From assembly GCA_000004985.1 (NCBI GenBank), contig GG738929.1: a stretch of 64,000 nucleotides of DNA; one strand, 5' to 3'. Position numbers and translations under genes: made by a program. The notes beneath the pieces are model-generated. The model worked only from the letters and a program-made list of their open reading frames with translations. It was not told where the DNA came from and did no database searches. Shown piece by piece: positions 1 to 11,901 of this stretch. The stretch's first letter is position 1, and each line of letters starts with the position of its first letter. This DNA comes from Naegleria gruberi. Taxonomy: Eukaryota.

Positions 1-693
1 TACCCAAACAGCAGCATTGATTTCACTATTTAAATATTTGATTTTCATACCTGAAAGGTATTGCACAATCCAGATCAAGTATTGTCTCGGAATTAAACTA
101 CTATTGAAATAGTCCACTTCAATCCAATGACTTACCAATGGTAGGGACATGTACTCATCATTGGCTAAAAACTCTGCTATATTCATATTAAAAACATCAC
201 TCGGTTCAACAACCTTCTCAACATTTTGATTATCCCCAATAATTGATCCAATTAATTTCAACATGGGCTCAAATAATTTGTCAAACAAATACCTAATACA
301 TGCCGATACTCTAACTGATCCAAAATATGAAAGATTATCCTCTCCGATGGCCAATCTAACAAGAAACTTTATAACCATATTGTCTGGAAATTCCACCAAT
401 TGATCAATCCAACCCTTGGTAATTGTAATAAAATCATCCTGTTCAATTATTCCTGTATAACCACCTTGTGTTCTTGTACGCAATTCTAAATCATGAAGCC
501 AAATATGTAATTCAAAACCAGCAGCTAATTGATTCCTCACCAAATGCTTCCAAAATACCTCCGTCTCAGTAATGTGGTAGAATGATGTACAAACCGATCG
601 AAATTGGAAAATATTATTGTGAAGATGATACGGATCGTGACTGTATGAGGTGATGTGTAATAAAATTTCGGAAGGCAAATCAGTAAGGATCAT
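1..693 (-). CDS. F-box domain protein, N-terminal part (gene runs off the window start)
   Basis: Minus-strand ATG at 693..691. The frame stays open down to position 1: MILTDLPSEILLHITSYSHDPYHLHNNIFQFRSVCTSFYHITETEVFWKHL... LPSEILLHI.SY....VC.SF is a canonical F-box signature. It is absent from the ORF track only because no stop lies inside the window. Confidence 0.5.
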   Translation of the reverse strand, partial: MILTDLPSEILLHITSYSHDPYHLHNNIFQFRSVCTSFYHITETEVFWKHLVRNQLAAGFELHIWLHDLELRTRTQGGYTGIIEQDDFITITKGWIDQLVEFPDNMVIKFLVRLAIGEDNLSYFGSVRVSACIRYLFDKLFEPMLKLIGSIIGDNQNVEKVVEPSDVFNMNIAEFLANDEYMSLPLVSHWIEVDYFNSSLIPRQYLIWIVQYLSGMKIKYLNSEINAAVWV

Positions 694-1988
694 CTGAATT
701 TTTTTAATTATTTACAATTTTAAATGTGAAAAATGTTAGACAGGTGGTAGAGCATTAACAAGACTCCAAAAGATTAGAAGGAAACAATCGGTAAGTTTCG
801 TTTAAGCCATCATCAGTTTCATCTAACTAAATTTATTGTAACACTGTAATGTCAATCATTAAGACTCCATTAATAGGTTTCTACCAGTTGGTAAATTAGG
901 AACAACCATGTTGCTACTAGCAATTGAAATCTTGTCAAGTTCTGCTTGATAGGTATTTGCATAGGAACGTAAATTTGTGAACACAGTATCAAGGGTTGTT
1001 GTTGTCAATACTATATTATGCAGGTGGGGGTATGTTCAGTATTTTGTTGTTCTCAAAAGCCACAAAAAAAATTTACAAGTCCAATAAAAAACATATTTTG
1101 CAAATATCAGGTCTTTTACTTTGTGGAAGAACACAAAAAATGACAAATAAAACTCAATGGATGATACTCTCTTTTTATTCATCTTTTCGATTTGTTTTTA
1201 ATGAGAAAATTGATTTTGAGGTGTTTTGCAAGATTTATTCACTTATTTTACACCAACAACAAAACCAAAAATGCAATCAATAAAAAATATTGTGATTTTT
1301 TGGCAATCAATTTTTGGCTGGATTTTGTTCATGTTATTAAAGCTGTGCACTACTACATAAAATTGAGACCAGGTAGAAGTACACACAATACATCAAATCG
1401 TTCTAGTTGATCTCTAGAATTTGATTTTAGGTTGCGTGAGATTCTAGTATCTATAGTTTTGGAATTTGAATTGTTTTTAAGAAAAAAGAATCATCTTGGC
1501 CCAGTTTCTTGCTGAAGGTGAGTTTGGAAAACTGAGAGCAGTTGGATGAAGAGAGAATACACTAACATACGCAATACTGGGTCTAGTTTTCAAAAATCTT
1601 GTCGTCATGATTCTAGTATATCCCCTTTACATCGAACTCAACACTCGTATATGATTTTCTCAATATATACACAATAAAATCAATATGTCACAAGGCAATA
1701 ATATAGATGCACATAAATATTAGTAAATTTGAAATATTTACTGGTTTTTGTTGTTTATTGGTTGAGCTATTGAATTTTACCATTAATTTTCGCTAGCGGC
1801 AAGTCAACATTCCCCTCCCTTGATATTATTTGAGTTGAATAAATTCTGTAGTCACCTTACATGATTTAGCATAGACCATACGATTAGTTTTTTCTGTTCA
1901 TTTGCAGCCGGAATATCTTTTTTTATTATATTTTGAAAGGTTTGCTTTTGGAGCTGACACCCTAATATTAATCAACAACTCAATTTTC

Positions 1989-4900
1989 ATGAATAAGTCG
2001 TCATCTAAAAAAATGGAACAAGCCACCAGTTCTGAACCCACAGCAAACAAACAGTTTCGTGCTTACGTTACACAGCAAATATCTTCAATTCCAACAGCAT
2101 CACCAACATGTGCCAACTTTGCTGAACAACAAGATGTAGAAGAAGATCATGACTATCACACAAATGTCAACATTTATTGCCCTCATTGTAAATCATTTTT
2201 CTGTGAAAACTGTCATTCGTTATGTGTTTATTCTTCCTTGGAATCCAACAGTAAAATTCCCATGTCAAAAAAGAAAACAGTACAGGCCGAACATTTAAAA
2301 CATCAGTGGAATATCAATGAGGATTATCAACAAAATATCCAACAAGATGTGATGCAATTATTCATCGTTACGAACAATCTGGTTAGTATGATACAACGAT
2401 GGACAAATGACACAACTAACGTCAATCTACAGGACATTATTGACCAATACGAATTATTTAAAACAGCCACAAGCAAACATATCATCACTCCCTATTTCAA
2501 TAGAACATTTTTAGAACCGCTGACCCCTATTTGTGAAAAAATTTCTATTTTCCACAAAGCACAAGAACAGGTCAACAAATTCTCTGAAATGTTTAAAAAA
2601 TACAATAACAAAGCTCTTGATATAATGGATAGCTTTACTTTGGCTTCCACTGAAATGCGATCATTTTGTAAATCATACCTTAAGATTTCTAATGACAAAA
2701 TGGAGGAATATTTATCTCTAGCAAACACAGCAGAAAAGCTTAAATGGAATGCCATTAATTCCAAAAATCCAATGAAGTGTTGTGTTGTGGGAATTACTAA
2801 TTCTGGTAAAACTACTTTAATGAATGCAATTCTTGGAATGAACCTTTTGCCAAGTAAGGAAGGGAGATGTACAATTGCTAATACAGAATTAAGATATGCA
2901 GATTATGATAAACGTAAAATTGAAATCAAGGAAGAACATGGTACTTTCAACACACTTTCTCAATTTACTTCAGAGTATCTGATGCAACATGAATCAATTC
3001 CTGAAGAAGTTGTATCTACTTTTGGTGTTTCTGAAAAAACCAAATCAGAACAGAAGAAGGATAGAGAATCTCAAAAAACTATAAGAGTTCATTGGGATTC
3101 TCTCTTGTTAAAAACAGGAATAGCCTTTAGTGATACACCTGGATATGATGATATTTATGAAGAGGAAGTTTTATTCAACACTTACAAAAGACAATCAAAG
3201 AAAAAAGCTTTGCCTAAAAATGTAATGGTCAACCCTCAAACATTAGAATTTATTCAAGAATCTGAACTTGTTATTCTAGTAGTTGATATTAATCACACAT
3301 ATACTTCCAAAGATGCTGTTCTAAACTTGTTGGACATTGATGAATTAAAAGGCAAACAAATCATGGTTGTGATGAATAAGTGTAACATGTTTGGAAGTAT
3401 TGGAAAACGTGAAGACAGAGGTTGGGAAAGTTTCATTCACTATTGTGAAGAATATGAAAATACAAAAACTGCATCATCACCTCCATTATTATTACAATTT
3501 TACAAAATGGTAAACAATACTCATGAAAAAGCTAGAACAACATTTGAAGCATGTCTGCTTAATCATATTGATATGATGAGTACAAAAGGTATTTCTGTAA
3601 ACCAAATATATCCATTATCTGCTATGGAATCCCTTTGTTGTAAAGTAGAAGGAACTGAATTGGATTTGCCGTTCACTCTATTTGAAAAAGCACTATTTAA
3701 TATTATGGAAGATATTACAAAGAAGCGTATGTCTAATTTTGCTTCTGTTGCACACTTTTCAGTCAATACATTCCTGAGATCAACTTTGCTATGCAAAAAT
3801 TGGCATGTAAAGATGTATCAAATGCAACTCGAAAAGAAAAAACAACTGGAGGACATATCAAGTCTTGTTGAAAAGTTCAGAGAACGAATTCAACAAATTA
3901 TTCAAGATTTAAGGCAGGACATTATTGAAGTTTTTGAGAGAACATCGAGTCAAAGTAGTTCCAAGAAAATTGAAGAAGCCATGCATATTATTCACACAAA
4001 AGTTTCTGTTGAATTTAAAGAATTCTTGAAGGAACGTATTGCACAAGATCCCAAGTTATCTGTTTCAGATTGGGCCTACATAATTTCCATAACAATATTT
4101 GCAATTCCTATTTCAATAATTTTGCTTGGTATTGCGGTTCTATTAGTCCCAGTGTTGATGCCTATCATGTTTCCATATGTAATGGTAAAAACAATTTTGG
4201 ACATGGTAACAGATTTAAAAAAGAAAAAGAAGAGCAATATTATTGATGAACTAGTTTATAAAAGTGAGAGAATTCAAGTAAGTGAGGAAGAATCAGATAG
4301 TGCTGAAAACGATACTGATGACGTTCCAGAAGTACTCTCCACAACATTATTGGCTCTTGATTCACAAAATCTAGATGTAAATCAAGTCATCCAAAAGATA
4401 ATGCAGAGTTATCCTGATATGTTTTGTCTAGAAATTGAAAAGCATCTAATATCTAAAGTTGAAAATGAGTACAACGACAAACTGAAAACATTTAACTTTG
4501 TACTTTGTAAAGATGGGAAAGAATTAGCATTTTTTAATGCCTGGAAAGAGTTTCAAAAAGATCAGAATGGATGTGAACAGCTTTACAATTACTATTGCAA
4601 GACTTCATCTTTGTTTTTTGATATTAACACAAAATTTTCACTTTCAAATTTGAAATCTTTTGAATTTTGTGGACACGGAGCATTTGGTAAAACCTATCGT
4701 TTAAATAATATTACTGCAATCAAGTATATTTCTACAATTAAGCTTGCTGAACATATTTTAGATAGAGAACTATTTTATAATTCACAACTTTCACATGCAC
4801 ATATTGTTAAAAGCATGCTAATTAAAAAGGAAGAAACTGAAAACGCTTTAAACGGTTACATTTATCAAGAGTATCTCCCACAAACTCTTTCACAATGGGC

Positions 4901-5483
4901 TCTGAACAAACCAATTAACTATAAGAAAGCTCTTAGATATGCTTGTGAAATAGCACTTGGTATGAAATATATTCAATCTTGTAATATCATGCATAGAGAT
5001 TTAGACAAGTCAAACATTATGATTGACAAATTTGATCATATCAAAATTATTGATCTAGGTGTAGCAAAAGAAATGGTTGATAATGCACACACAGCAAATC
5101 AAGGAAAATATAAAACAATGGCACCAGAAGTAAAACGCTCTGGATCTGACTTTGCAATTTATGATTTTAGATGTGACGTTTATTCCTTCGGAATAGTGGT
5201 TAAAGAATTGCTTGATGGTTATGACAGTAGTGAAATTTCATTATTATTAGAGAGATGTTTGGAGAAAGATTTTAAGAATAGAATTGGTGATTGGAATGAA
5301 ATAATATTTACTTTATATAAGAGTTATGAGATGTATGAATTAGATGTGGAACCAACTGAATATTCTAACCAATTGAAAATTGAGGTACAGGAAGTTCAAG
5401 AAGAATCACAAATTGATATTGAGGTATTGAAAAAGGAATTGAAAGATAAGAAAATCATACCAAAAAATTGCATTGTGCAATAA
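1989..5483 (+). CDS. multidomain signalling protein: B-box-like Cys/His zinc finger, P-loop GTPase (ROC/AIG1/IRG-like, DTPG type), predicted TM segment, C-terminal TKL-like protein kinase
   Basis: Track ORF 1902..5483 starts at TTG. The first ATG is at 1989 (MNKSSSKK). Zn-finger-like: YCPHCKSFFCENCHSLC. GTPase: G1 VVGITNSGKTTLMNAILG, G3 FSDTPGYDD, G4-like VVMNKCNMF. Hydrophobic stretch: AYIISITIFAIPISIILLGIAVLLVPVLMPIMFPYVMV. Kinase motifs: GHGAFGKTY, AIKYI, HRDLDKSNIMID, DLGVAKE, MAPEV, DVYSFGIVV. Single exon, TAA stop. Confidence 0.7.
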   Translation: MNKSSSKKMEQATSSEPTANKQFRAYVTQQISSIPTASPTCANFAEQQDVEEDHDYHTNVNIYCPHCKSFFCENCHSLCVYSSLESNSKIPMSKKKTVQAEHLKHQWNINEDYQQNIQQDVMQLFIVTNNLVSMIQRWTNDTTNVNLQDIIDQYELFKTATSKHIITPYFNRTFLEPLTPICEKISIFHKAQEQVNKFSEMFKKYNNKALDIMDSFTLASTEMRSFCKSYLKISNDKMEEYLSLANTAEKLKWNAINSKNPMKCCVVGITNSGKTTLMNAILGMNLLPSKEGRCTIANTELRYADYDKRKIEIKEEHGTFNTLSQFTSEYLMQHESIPEEVVSTFGVSEKTKSEQKKDRESQKTIRVHWDSLLLKTGIAFSDTPGYDDIYEEEVLFNTYKRQSKKKALPKNVMVNPQTLEFIQESELVILVVDINHTYTSKDAVLNLLDIDELKGKQIMVVMNKCNMFGSIGKREDRGWESFIHYCEEYENTKTASSPPLLLQFYKMVNNTHEKARTTFEACLLNHIDMMSTKGISVNQIYPLSAMESLCCKVEGTELDLPFTLFEKALFNIMEDITKKRMSNFASVAHFSVNTFLRSTLLCKNWHVKMYQMQLEKKKQLEDISSLVEKFRERIQQIIQDLRQDIIEVFERTSSQSSSKKIEEAMHIIHTKVSVEFKEFLKERIAQDPKLSVSDWAYIISITIFAIPISIILLGIAVLLVPVLMPIMFPYVMVKTILDMVTDLKKKKKSNIIDELVYKSERIQVSEEESDSAENDTDDVPEVLSTTLLALDSQNLDVNQVIQKIMQSYPDMFCLEIEKHLISKVENEYNDKLKTFNFVLCKDGKELAFFNAWKEFQKDQNGCEQLYNYYCKTSSLFFDINTKFSLSNLKSFEFCGHGAFGKTYRLNNITAIKYISTIKLAEHILDRELFYNSQLSHAHIVKSMLIKKEETENALNGYIYQEYLPQTLSQWALNKPINYKKALRYACEIALGMKYIQSCNIMHRDLDKSNIMIDKFDHIKIIDLGVAKEMVDNAHTANQGKYKTMAPEVKRSGSDFAIYDFRCDVYSFGIVVKELLDGYDSSEISLLLERCLEKDFKNRIGDWNEIIFTLYKSYEMYELDVEPTEYSNQLKIEVQEVQEESQIDIEVLKKELKDKKIIPKNCIVQ

Positions 5484-8400
5484 TTATAAAAATTGTTCCA
5501 ACGAATTGTTTATTACAAAAAAAATGAAAGAAATCATAACCATTGTCCATTCATATTGGCTATTTGACTCTTTCATGCTTCTATCAAGCCATTATCACCA
5601 ACAAATCCCTTTTCTTTAGATCCAGCCACTGGAATGAATTGATTAGTTTTTGGGTGATCCTTCTAATTCGAATATTATTTGTTGTAAGGTTGCTTTAAAA
5701 CTATTCGCTCCTCAGTTTCATGATTCCATCATGTTGGGGAATGTCATGTCTTTGCTAAATTCAAATCATCTGGAAATACTTCAACATTTGACTCAAGTTT
5801 GTATTGTTATAACAATACAGATTGTGAAAATGTTGTGGTGGTGTTGAACTTTCCTATCCAAATAGTGGTCCATCGTATGTTAAATATACCAACCAGACAT
5901 GTCTTCCACAATGTTCCAAAGCTATAAACGTGTCCAAAGTGTTCTCAGAAAAAAGATGCTACCTTCTGTACTTGTACCAGATTGTTTAATCAATGATGAT
6001 TGTATTGAAAGTGGTTCATCATAGGGTAGAAGTGAATGTATCAATCAAGTTTGTTCTGTTAAAACTTGTGCATCCAATAGTGATCGTTACAGCTGATTGT
6101 TGAACAAATTCTTCATTTTCTGAATAAATCAATTGATTTCCATATTCTCCCAAGTGGATATCAGTGTATAATATTTTTGTGGATGTTCTAGAAATATGTT
6201 ATCACATCCTAACAAGATCAAGAAGTCAGATAATGATGGAGGATATGAGGAAGTGTTTAATCTTAAGCTTGGAGAGTGATGTGTCTTATAGTTTGATTTC
6301 AATTTTTAAAACTGTATTTCTTCAGTGAACATACACTGAATTTGACCAACAGCAAGTGGAATCAATTAAATAATTTCGTTCATCAGAGTCATGTATTTAG
6401 GATGATATTTGTCATATCTGTCCACAAAGAATTTGGTAACATTTTCATTGGAAAATGAGGCAGCAATTGGAGAGTTACATGAAAGAATTTCAATTCACCT
6501 CTCTTTGTGATAGATTCTAAATTTTGAACCTTTTCAATATAAATATCCATCAAGAGAGCTAGCAAAATACAGAATGCCATGATATTGAGAATGAGAATAG
6601 TCACAACTAGACATTTAGTGTTGGACATAGAAACTGAACCACAACATGTATTCACCTCAATACCTCCAATTCCATCTCGCATTGGAACGCTTTATAATAG
6701 GTTATTGTTGCTGCGGGATTCGAAGAATGAGTAGGTGAAAAGGATGATGCTTTGGAAATTCTTGTTAATATCCATAAAAAGGAGGATTATAACTCTGGCT
6801 TATTCGAACTGAAGTTGAGAAAGGATACTCAAACCAATGACGAAGCAAAACATTGGCTTGTTTGATTCTCATTTGTTGTGTTGTTTGATGGTCTTGCCAG
6901 TTGTTAGTTCATTGGTGGCCTCGTTCAATAGAGAAAAGCAAGAACGTTGGCAAATTGGAAGAGCTAAAGTAATTGTCTGAATGATACAATGGCAGATCTA
7001 AAACTTAAGGAACTTTTCAAAAAGTTTAGTATAGAGAACTTCCTCATCTATATGCAGAATATATGCAATATTGTATTGGAAAGAGAATGACATTTCACCA
7101 ACTCCACTTAAAATGATATCTCCTGAGTGTACTGCTTGATGTTGAAATGAAGCTTAGTGTAATTCAGGTGGTTGAGCATATCACAGAGACAAAATAAATC
7201 TTAATCTTACAACAATACTAGTAACTGGTTTGTGTTAAATGTTGGTATAAAGGTAGAATTAATTGTTTTTAGGATTGATTGGAGATATTTCACTTTGACT
7301 GGTAGATTTTGGAATGAGATAATCTTGTTTGTACAGTAATGTTTACGTGGTGCTGTTTTAATATCTTCATCATAGTAACAAAAACATTTACCAGTAGCTA
7401 AATTTGAAGGTTCCAACATTTTGGAACAATTATGTTTCAAGCTAACATCATTATTGGATTTGTGCCATAATTGTAGGTTGAAACTTTTCCCAAACTACTC
7501 TTGATGGTTGGTGGAGTAATTTAATAACAATATCAACAACAACCTTGAAACAACAATCCAATAACAATTATTACGATTTTCACGAATAGATTCAAAAATG
7601 TTTAAACCTAGAGTGTCGAGTAATCACATATGGACTCTTACCGGTGAACTCTCATCATAATCTTCTTACAATAAATGTAAGGTTTGGTGATGTTGTGAAT
7701 GATGTTTCGTAGTTGTGTTGATGTGGTTGATGTAGTTGGTCTCATCATATTTTTGAATAAGAGGTTGCTGGTATTTTTTTTTAAAATAATAAAATAAATA
7801 ATTAAAATTGAACTAAAGAACTTTCAAATCCATTGATTCAGAGGAACACCAAGGGGAGAGTGAAGTAATATTGAGTGTAATTTTCTAATCAACCACCTTC
7901 TGGTTATTATATTTAAGAAATGCTGTTTGTTGCAATTCTTTGGTCTGCACCGATTTCTTCGTACGTTCAATACAGTTCCTAATTTATAAATTCCTAATTT
8001 ATTTAATTCCTTAAAAATAATTTGCGAATGTATCCAATAAAATATAAGTTTTCGTAATTGTATCGAAAGTTGCATTGTGCTATATCCTGGAGCAAGGACT
8101 TTAAATTCATTTGCTTATCTCTATGATGCAAAGTATTTTTAACAAAAAATGTATTACAACGAAGGTTTATTTTCTGACACAACGAAATCATGATTTCAAC
8201 CTCTTGATTTTTGCAGGTGTCCTTATTACATAAATTAACACGATTTGAGAATAGGTATTTTTCTATTTTTACTCATATCTCAAGAACGAAAGTTAGCCAT
8301 TCACTTCTCACCTCATGATGACATTAACAAGGGAAGGTTTTAAAGGTTTCGTATTTTCAAATGTTGGAGTTTATGTAATTTTAGAGGATTTGAGGATAAC

Positions 8401-9112
8401 TACTTCACAAAATCGAATAATTACAAGATGATTAACATATCAACGAGTGTTATAATGTGTTCCAATCGATAAATATTTTAAAAACATTGTCTTCGGCTCT
8501 GAGAGTACCCATTAGCTTAAATTATATATAACAAGAAGCACTCTCTTAAATTTTAATCAATATTAATAAAATTCATGTGTTGTTAGAACTGTTACTGATT
8601 GTGTGAATCATAATGTTGTGTATTTATTTTAAAAACATATATCAACTTGGAACCGTTCAGTGAAATCTCAACATTTACGCCTGGCCAATACCAACTTTCC
8701 GCCCTGGGAACACCTCAACAGTGTTAGTCTTGTTATTAATTGTGAATCCTTTTGTTAGCAAAATATCGTTCTCTTTTTTCAATTCTTCTGCAAATAGAGT
8801 TATTTCTTTCTCTTCTCCCTCCCATATTGCTAATGGTGTTGTTATCTTTCTTAACTGACCACTCCCAAAAAAATTTACTATTAATAACTGTCATAACCAG
8901 ATTGTTAAATTTGTTTTTGAAGCAGCATCTAAATTAAGACAAATAATAAAATCAGAAATGTCATTTACAAATTTTGAACAATGACAACATTCTTTAGACT
9001 TGGCATTTGATTCTCATGCTCAATCATCCATATTTGGTGGACTTATCACCAATATCCTCCCTTACATCTATCTCACAATGTTTATGTTTCTTACAATAAT
9101 GTTATTACATAG

Positions 9113-10251
9113 TTGTATACATGGCTGGTTCAGTTAAAATCCCAACTAATCCCCTCGCAACAATTTTCCTTTTACGAAAAAGGAACAATGCTGATTCCTC
9201 ACGAAAAGAAAGAAGTTGCACTCAACCTTATTCAAGATTTTCTCCAATCTCGAAAATTCGTTCGAATCAAACTGGTAGCTCAATTTATAGGAAAGCTGGA
9301 ATTCGCCTCTTTAGCAGAACAATACATAATGCCTCTGTTAAACAGATTACGAGTTTCAGTAGTAGGATGGTCAGTCTTTATGCTCATCAACAGAGGCCCC
9401 ATGACGGACCTAATAAGATTAAAGTCCATCATTTCAAACTCAAAAGGTTCTCTCCTAGATCTAAATCAACCTTTCCCAATTATAATCAATTCAGATGCTT
9501 CTCCTCAAGGATAAGGTGTCCACTCCTCAAACACTGTTATTATAGGAAGATTTCACACCCACGATCATATCAATTCGAAAGAAATGATGGCAATTCTTCA
9601 ATTCTTCATCGAAGCAAAATCACAAAAGCTCTTCCCAAGAGGAACCTATTTCGAGATAAGGTGGACAATTCAACTGCCTTCTCATACATAAGAAAAGGAT
9701 ATGGAACTTTCGAACACCTCGCTCAAATAGCAAGAAAAATTTGGAAAATTCTAATAGAATGTTGCTGGAGAATTGCAAAAGTAATTTACATTCCCTCAGA
9801 GAAAAATTCAATTGCAAACAAATTAAGCCTTTTAAGCGATTGGAAATCATCACCAGAATTGATAAATATGGTAGAAAAAGAATTCGGAAACCACACCATA
9901 GACAGATTTGCAACATCAGAGTCAGCAACAACGATCCATTTCAACTCTTTGTTAGAAAACGATGCGTTTCAAGAACTTTGGGAACAAAACTCAATCAATT
10001 ATTGTGTTCCTCCAATAGGTCTAATCCCACAAGCTCTATTTCACTTGATCCGATCAAAGGCCATAGGAACATTCGTAGTTCCTTATTGGCCAACAGCTTA
10101 CTGGTTCCCGATCTTGCTAAAGATATCTTTAGAACAGATACGTGTTCCGCTCCAATGGCTTATAACAGAGCATTACAACGAACTGCACAAACAATCAGAC
10201 AATATTTCGTTCATGGCGGTCAAAGTGAATGGAATGCTCAACTTTCAATGA
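9113..10251 (+). pseudogene. retrotransposon pol fragment (RT thumb, RNase H, DIRS-type MT-like region), broken by a frameshift near 9515
   Basis: Frame of 9113..9514: KFVRIKLVAQFIGKLEFASLAEQ (RT thumb-like), ending in PIIINSDASPQG, the start of the RNase H DAS motif. The reading then continues in the frame of 9121..10251: KGYGTFEHLAQIARKIW...IANKLSLLSDW...FGNHTIDRFATSESAT (RNase H C-terminal ADALSR/DRFA pattern). Then NYCVPPIGLIPQALFHLIRSKAIGTFVVPYWPTAYWFPILL, like the post-RNase H domain of DIRS/Ngaro elements. No RT palm (YxDD) survives upstream. The first ~130 aa of track ORF 9121..10251 are an out-of-frame overlap. Confidence 0.65.
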
Positions 10252-11141
10252 GATGTCAGGCTTTATCTACTGCTCTTGCAGAATCGACAAAGTATTCAGA
10301 ATTTTCTTATTTCTGTCTACTCCATAATTTAGACAAATCAGATGTTAGAGCCCCAGAATTATTCGCTTGCTATCTTGCGGTTCACAAGAAGCTCTACAGA
10401 TTGAATAGTTTGAAACCTACGTTGGATTTCTATTCAAATTTGGAAGGATGGTCCGTAAATTATTCTAATCAATTCTTTAGAATCAAACAAGGTTTGAATA
10501 AGTTTTATTCACGAGCCGATATTGTTAAACATAAGAGAAGTGGAATCTCTGCTCTCAATGTCAAGCAATTCATTGATAGGATCTCTATTAAAGACCCTTA
10601 TCTTCACATGTTGTCTTGTGCCATACTTTCCGTTGGCATTAGATTATTAGCAAGACCTGGTCAACTGGCTAATTTATCATGGTCTTGTGTTAAACTTGAT
10701 ACTCCTTTTATCGGTTGGGTTACTTTTGATCTTTCTGGTCACAAAACAGACCAATTATCTGACATGAAGAAACTCCTATTGAACCATAAAGAGGAAATAA
10801 GAAATACTGTCCAGTTTATAACCTTAGAAGATATGGATTATGTTAAACATATTAAGGAAGACGATTCTCCATTATTTTCGTTACTGTTTGATGAATATTT
10901 CACTCCTACTCAAATTTCTAATATTATTTCAAGCCCCATGAGCTCTATTGGTGTTCAAAACACTTCAGGCCATAGCCTTCGTATAAGTGCAGCTACTAAG
11001 CTGGCTTCTAAGGGTGTGTCTCAATCTATGATTGAGACAGCTGGTAATTGGGTGCCTAATTCAAAAATTAGATTGAGATATCAACGTAGAATTGGCCTAG
11101 CTACTCATGGTTTAACTACTTCTATTATGAGAACTGATTAA
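9741..11141 (+). CDS. DIRS-type tyrosine recombinase ORF (catalytic domain approx 10400..11141), overlapping the pol frame as in DIRS elements
   Basis: C-terminal half carries the tyrosine-recombinase box: LLARPGQLANLSW...SGHKTD...GHSLRISAATKLASKGVSQSMIETAGNWVPNSKIRLRYQRR. That is the R...K...HxxR...Y arrangement. The 5' third (9741..10260) only overlaps the pol frame. Confidence 0.65.
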   Translation: MENSNRMLLENCKSNLHSLREKFNCKQIKPFKRLEIITRIDKYGRKRIRKPHHRQICNIRVSNNDPFQLFVRKRCVSRTLGTKLNQLLCSSNRSNPTSSISLDPIKGHRNIRSSLLANSLLVPDLAKDIFRTDTCSAPMAYNRALQRTAQTIRQYFVHGGQSEWNAQLSMRCQALSTALAESTKYSEFSYFCLLHNLDKSDVRAPELFACYLAVHKKLYRLNSLKPTLDFYSNLEGWSVNYSNQFFRIKQGLNKFYSRADIVKHKRSGISALNVKQFIDRISIKDPYLHMLSCAILSVGIRLLARPGQLANLSWSCVKLDTPFIGWVTFDLSGHKTDQLSDMKKLLLNHKEEIRNTVQFITLEDMDYVKHIKEDDSPLFSLLFDEYFTPTQISNIISSPMSSIGVQNTSGHSLRISAATKLASKGVSQSMIETAGNWVPNSKIRLRYQRRIGLATHGLTTSIMRTD

Positions 11142-11901
11142 ATATATACTTTTATTATTTTCTAGGGACTAATCCATTTGTCTTAATTTAATATTTTATT
11201 ATTTTGTGGTTTTAAAAACATTTATATATTGCGTAACCGCTCCAAGTAATTTTTACACACAATGAATTTTTTATAGATTTTGAGCAAATAAAGTCTTGAA
11301 AATAGTTGATAAGGTAGAAAACTTCTATCACCCTGTGTGTTAAGGCAACGTAGTATTTTACTGTCATATACCTAGGATTCTCCAAAAATCCAATACTTAT
11401 TTATTTTTAATACAGGGCATAATATGACAGTAAAACAACCATATTCGAGAGTAGTTGTGATAAGAACTCTTTCATGAATAAAAAAGTACCTGTAAAAAAT
11501 TGTAAAGTCCTGTAAAATAATTACAATTGGTGGTTTTTCACAAGTAAAAAAATGCCTTAACACCTACACCAGCACTAAGGTTTTAATAAATTCCAACTTG
11601 TAAATTTTTTCCAAGTCCAAATTGTGTTTCATACGACTAAGCGCATGTCTTGTCCACATTGACAAGCACAATTCAACAACAATAAACAATAAATTATTTA
11701 TTTATTAATTATTAGTAATTATTATTATCAGGTGATAACAATCTAGGCAGGCAGGAAGGTTTGATTGATGGCCTTATCAACAACTGTAACGACTGCCGTA
11801 ATAAAATGGTGAATAAGTAAATTCCAAAAACGATCAATGAATGTAAAAATCACTGGACCGGTTACGCAATATATACATCCGAAAAGGGGTCAAACTAAAT
11901 C

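Larger units (their letters stand above)
9100..11600 (+). mobile_element. degenerate DIRS-like (tyrosine-recombinase) retrotransposon, 3' portion with terminal non-coding region. The decayed 5' portion probably extends upstream to about 5500
   Basis: RNase H, MT-like and YR domains in the DIRS order, in overlapping and shifted frames. The 3' non-coding region has short nested inverted repeats (GTGTTAAGGCA at 11337..11347 vs 11553..11563; TTTTACTGTCATAT at 11356..11369 vs 11423..11436). The element abuts the N-gap at 11902. Confidence 0.6.

Noticed and set aside
996-1410. Small ORFs 996..1283 and 1192..1410 and other 60-100-aa ORFs in intergenic stretches (e.g. 5650..5847, 6389..6682, 7207..7440, 7824..8191, 8752..8937, 32074..32429, 34392..34595)
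   Set aside because: TTG/GTG starts, A/T-homopolymer-driven codons, no motifs, often overlapping one another. Those at 5484..9100 are treated as decay products of the retroelement, not as genes.
2492-3796. Minus-strand ORFs 2492..2764 and 3563..3796 inside the large kinase-GTPase gene
   Set aside because: Antisense to a 3.5-kb continuous coding frame with clear domain content. Low-complexity translations. Typical shadow ORFs in AT-rich DNA.
9121-9514. N-terminal 130 aa of track ORF 9121..10251 (MAGSVKIPTNPLATIFLLRKRNNADSS...)
   Set aside because: Out-of-frame overlap of the genuine RT-thumb/RNase H reading in the 9113..9514 frame. Arg/Ser-rich nonsense typical of a +1 read of A-rich coding DNA.
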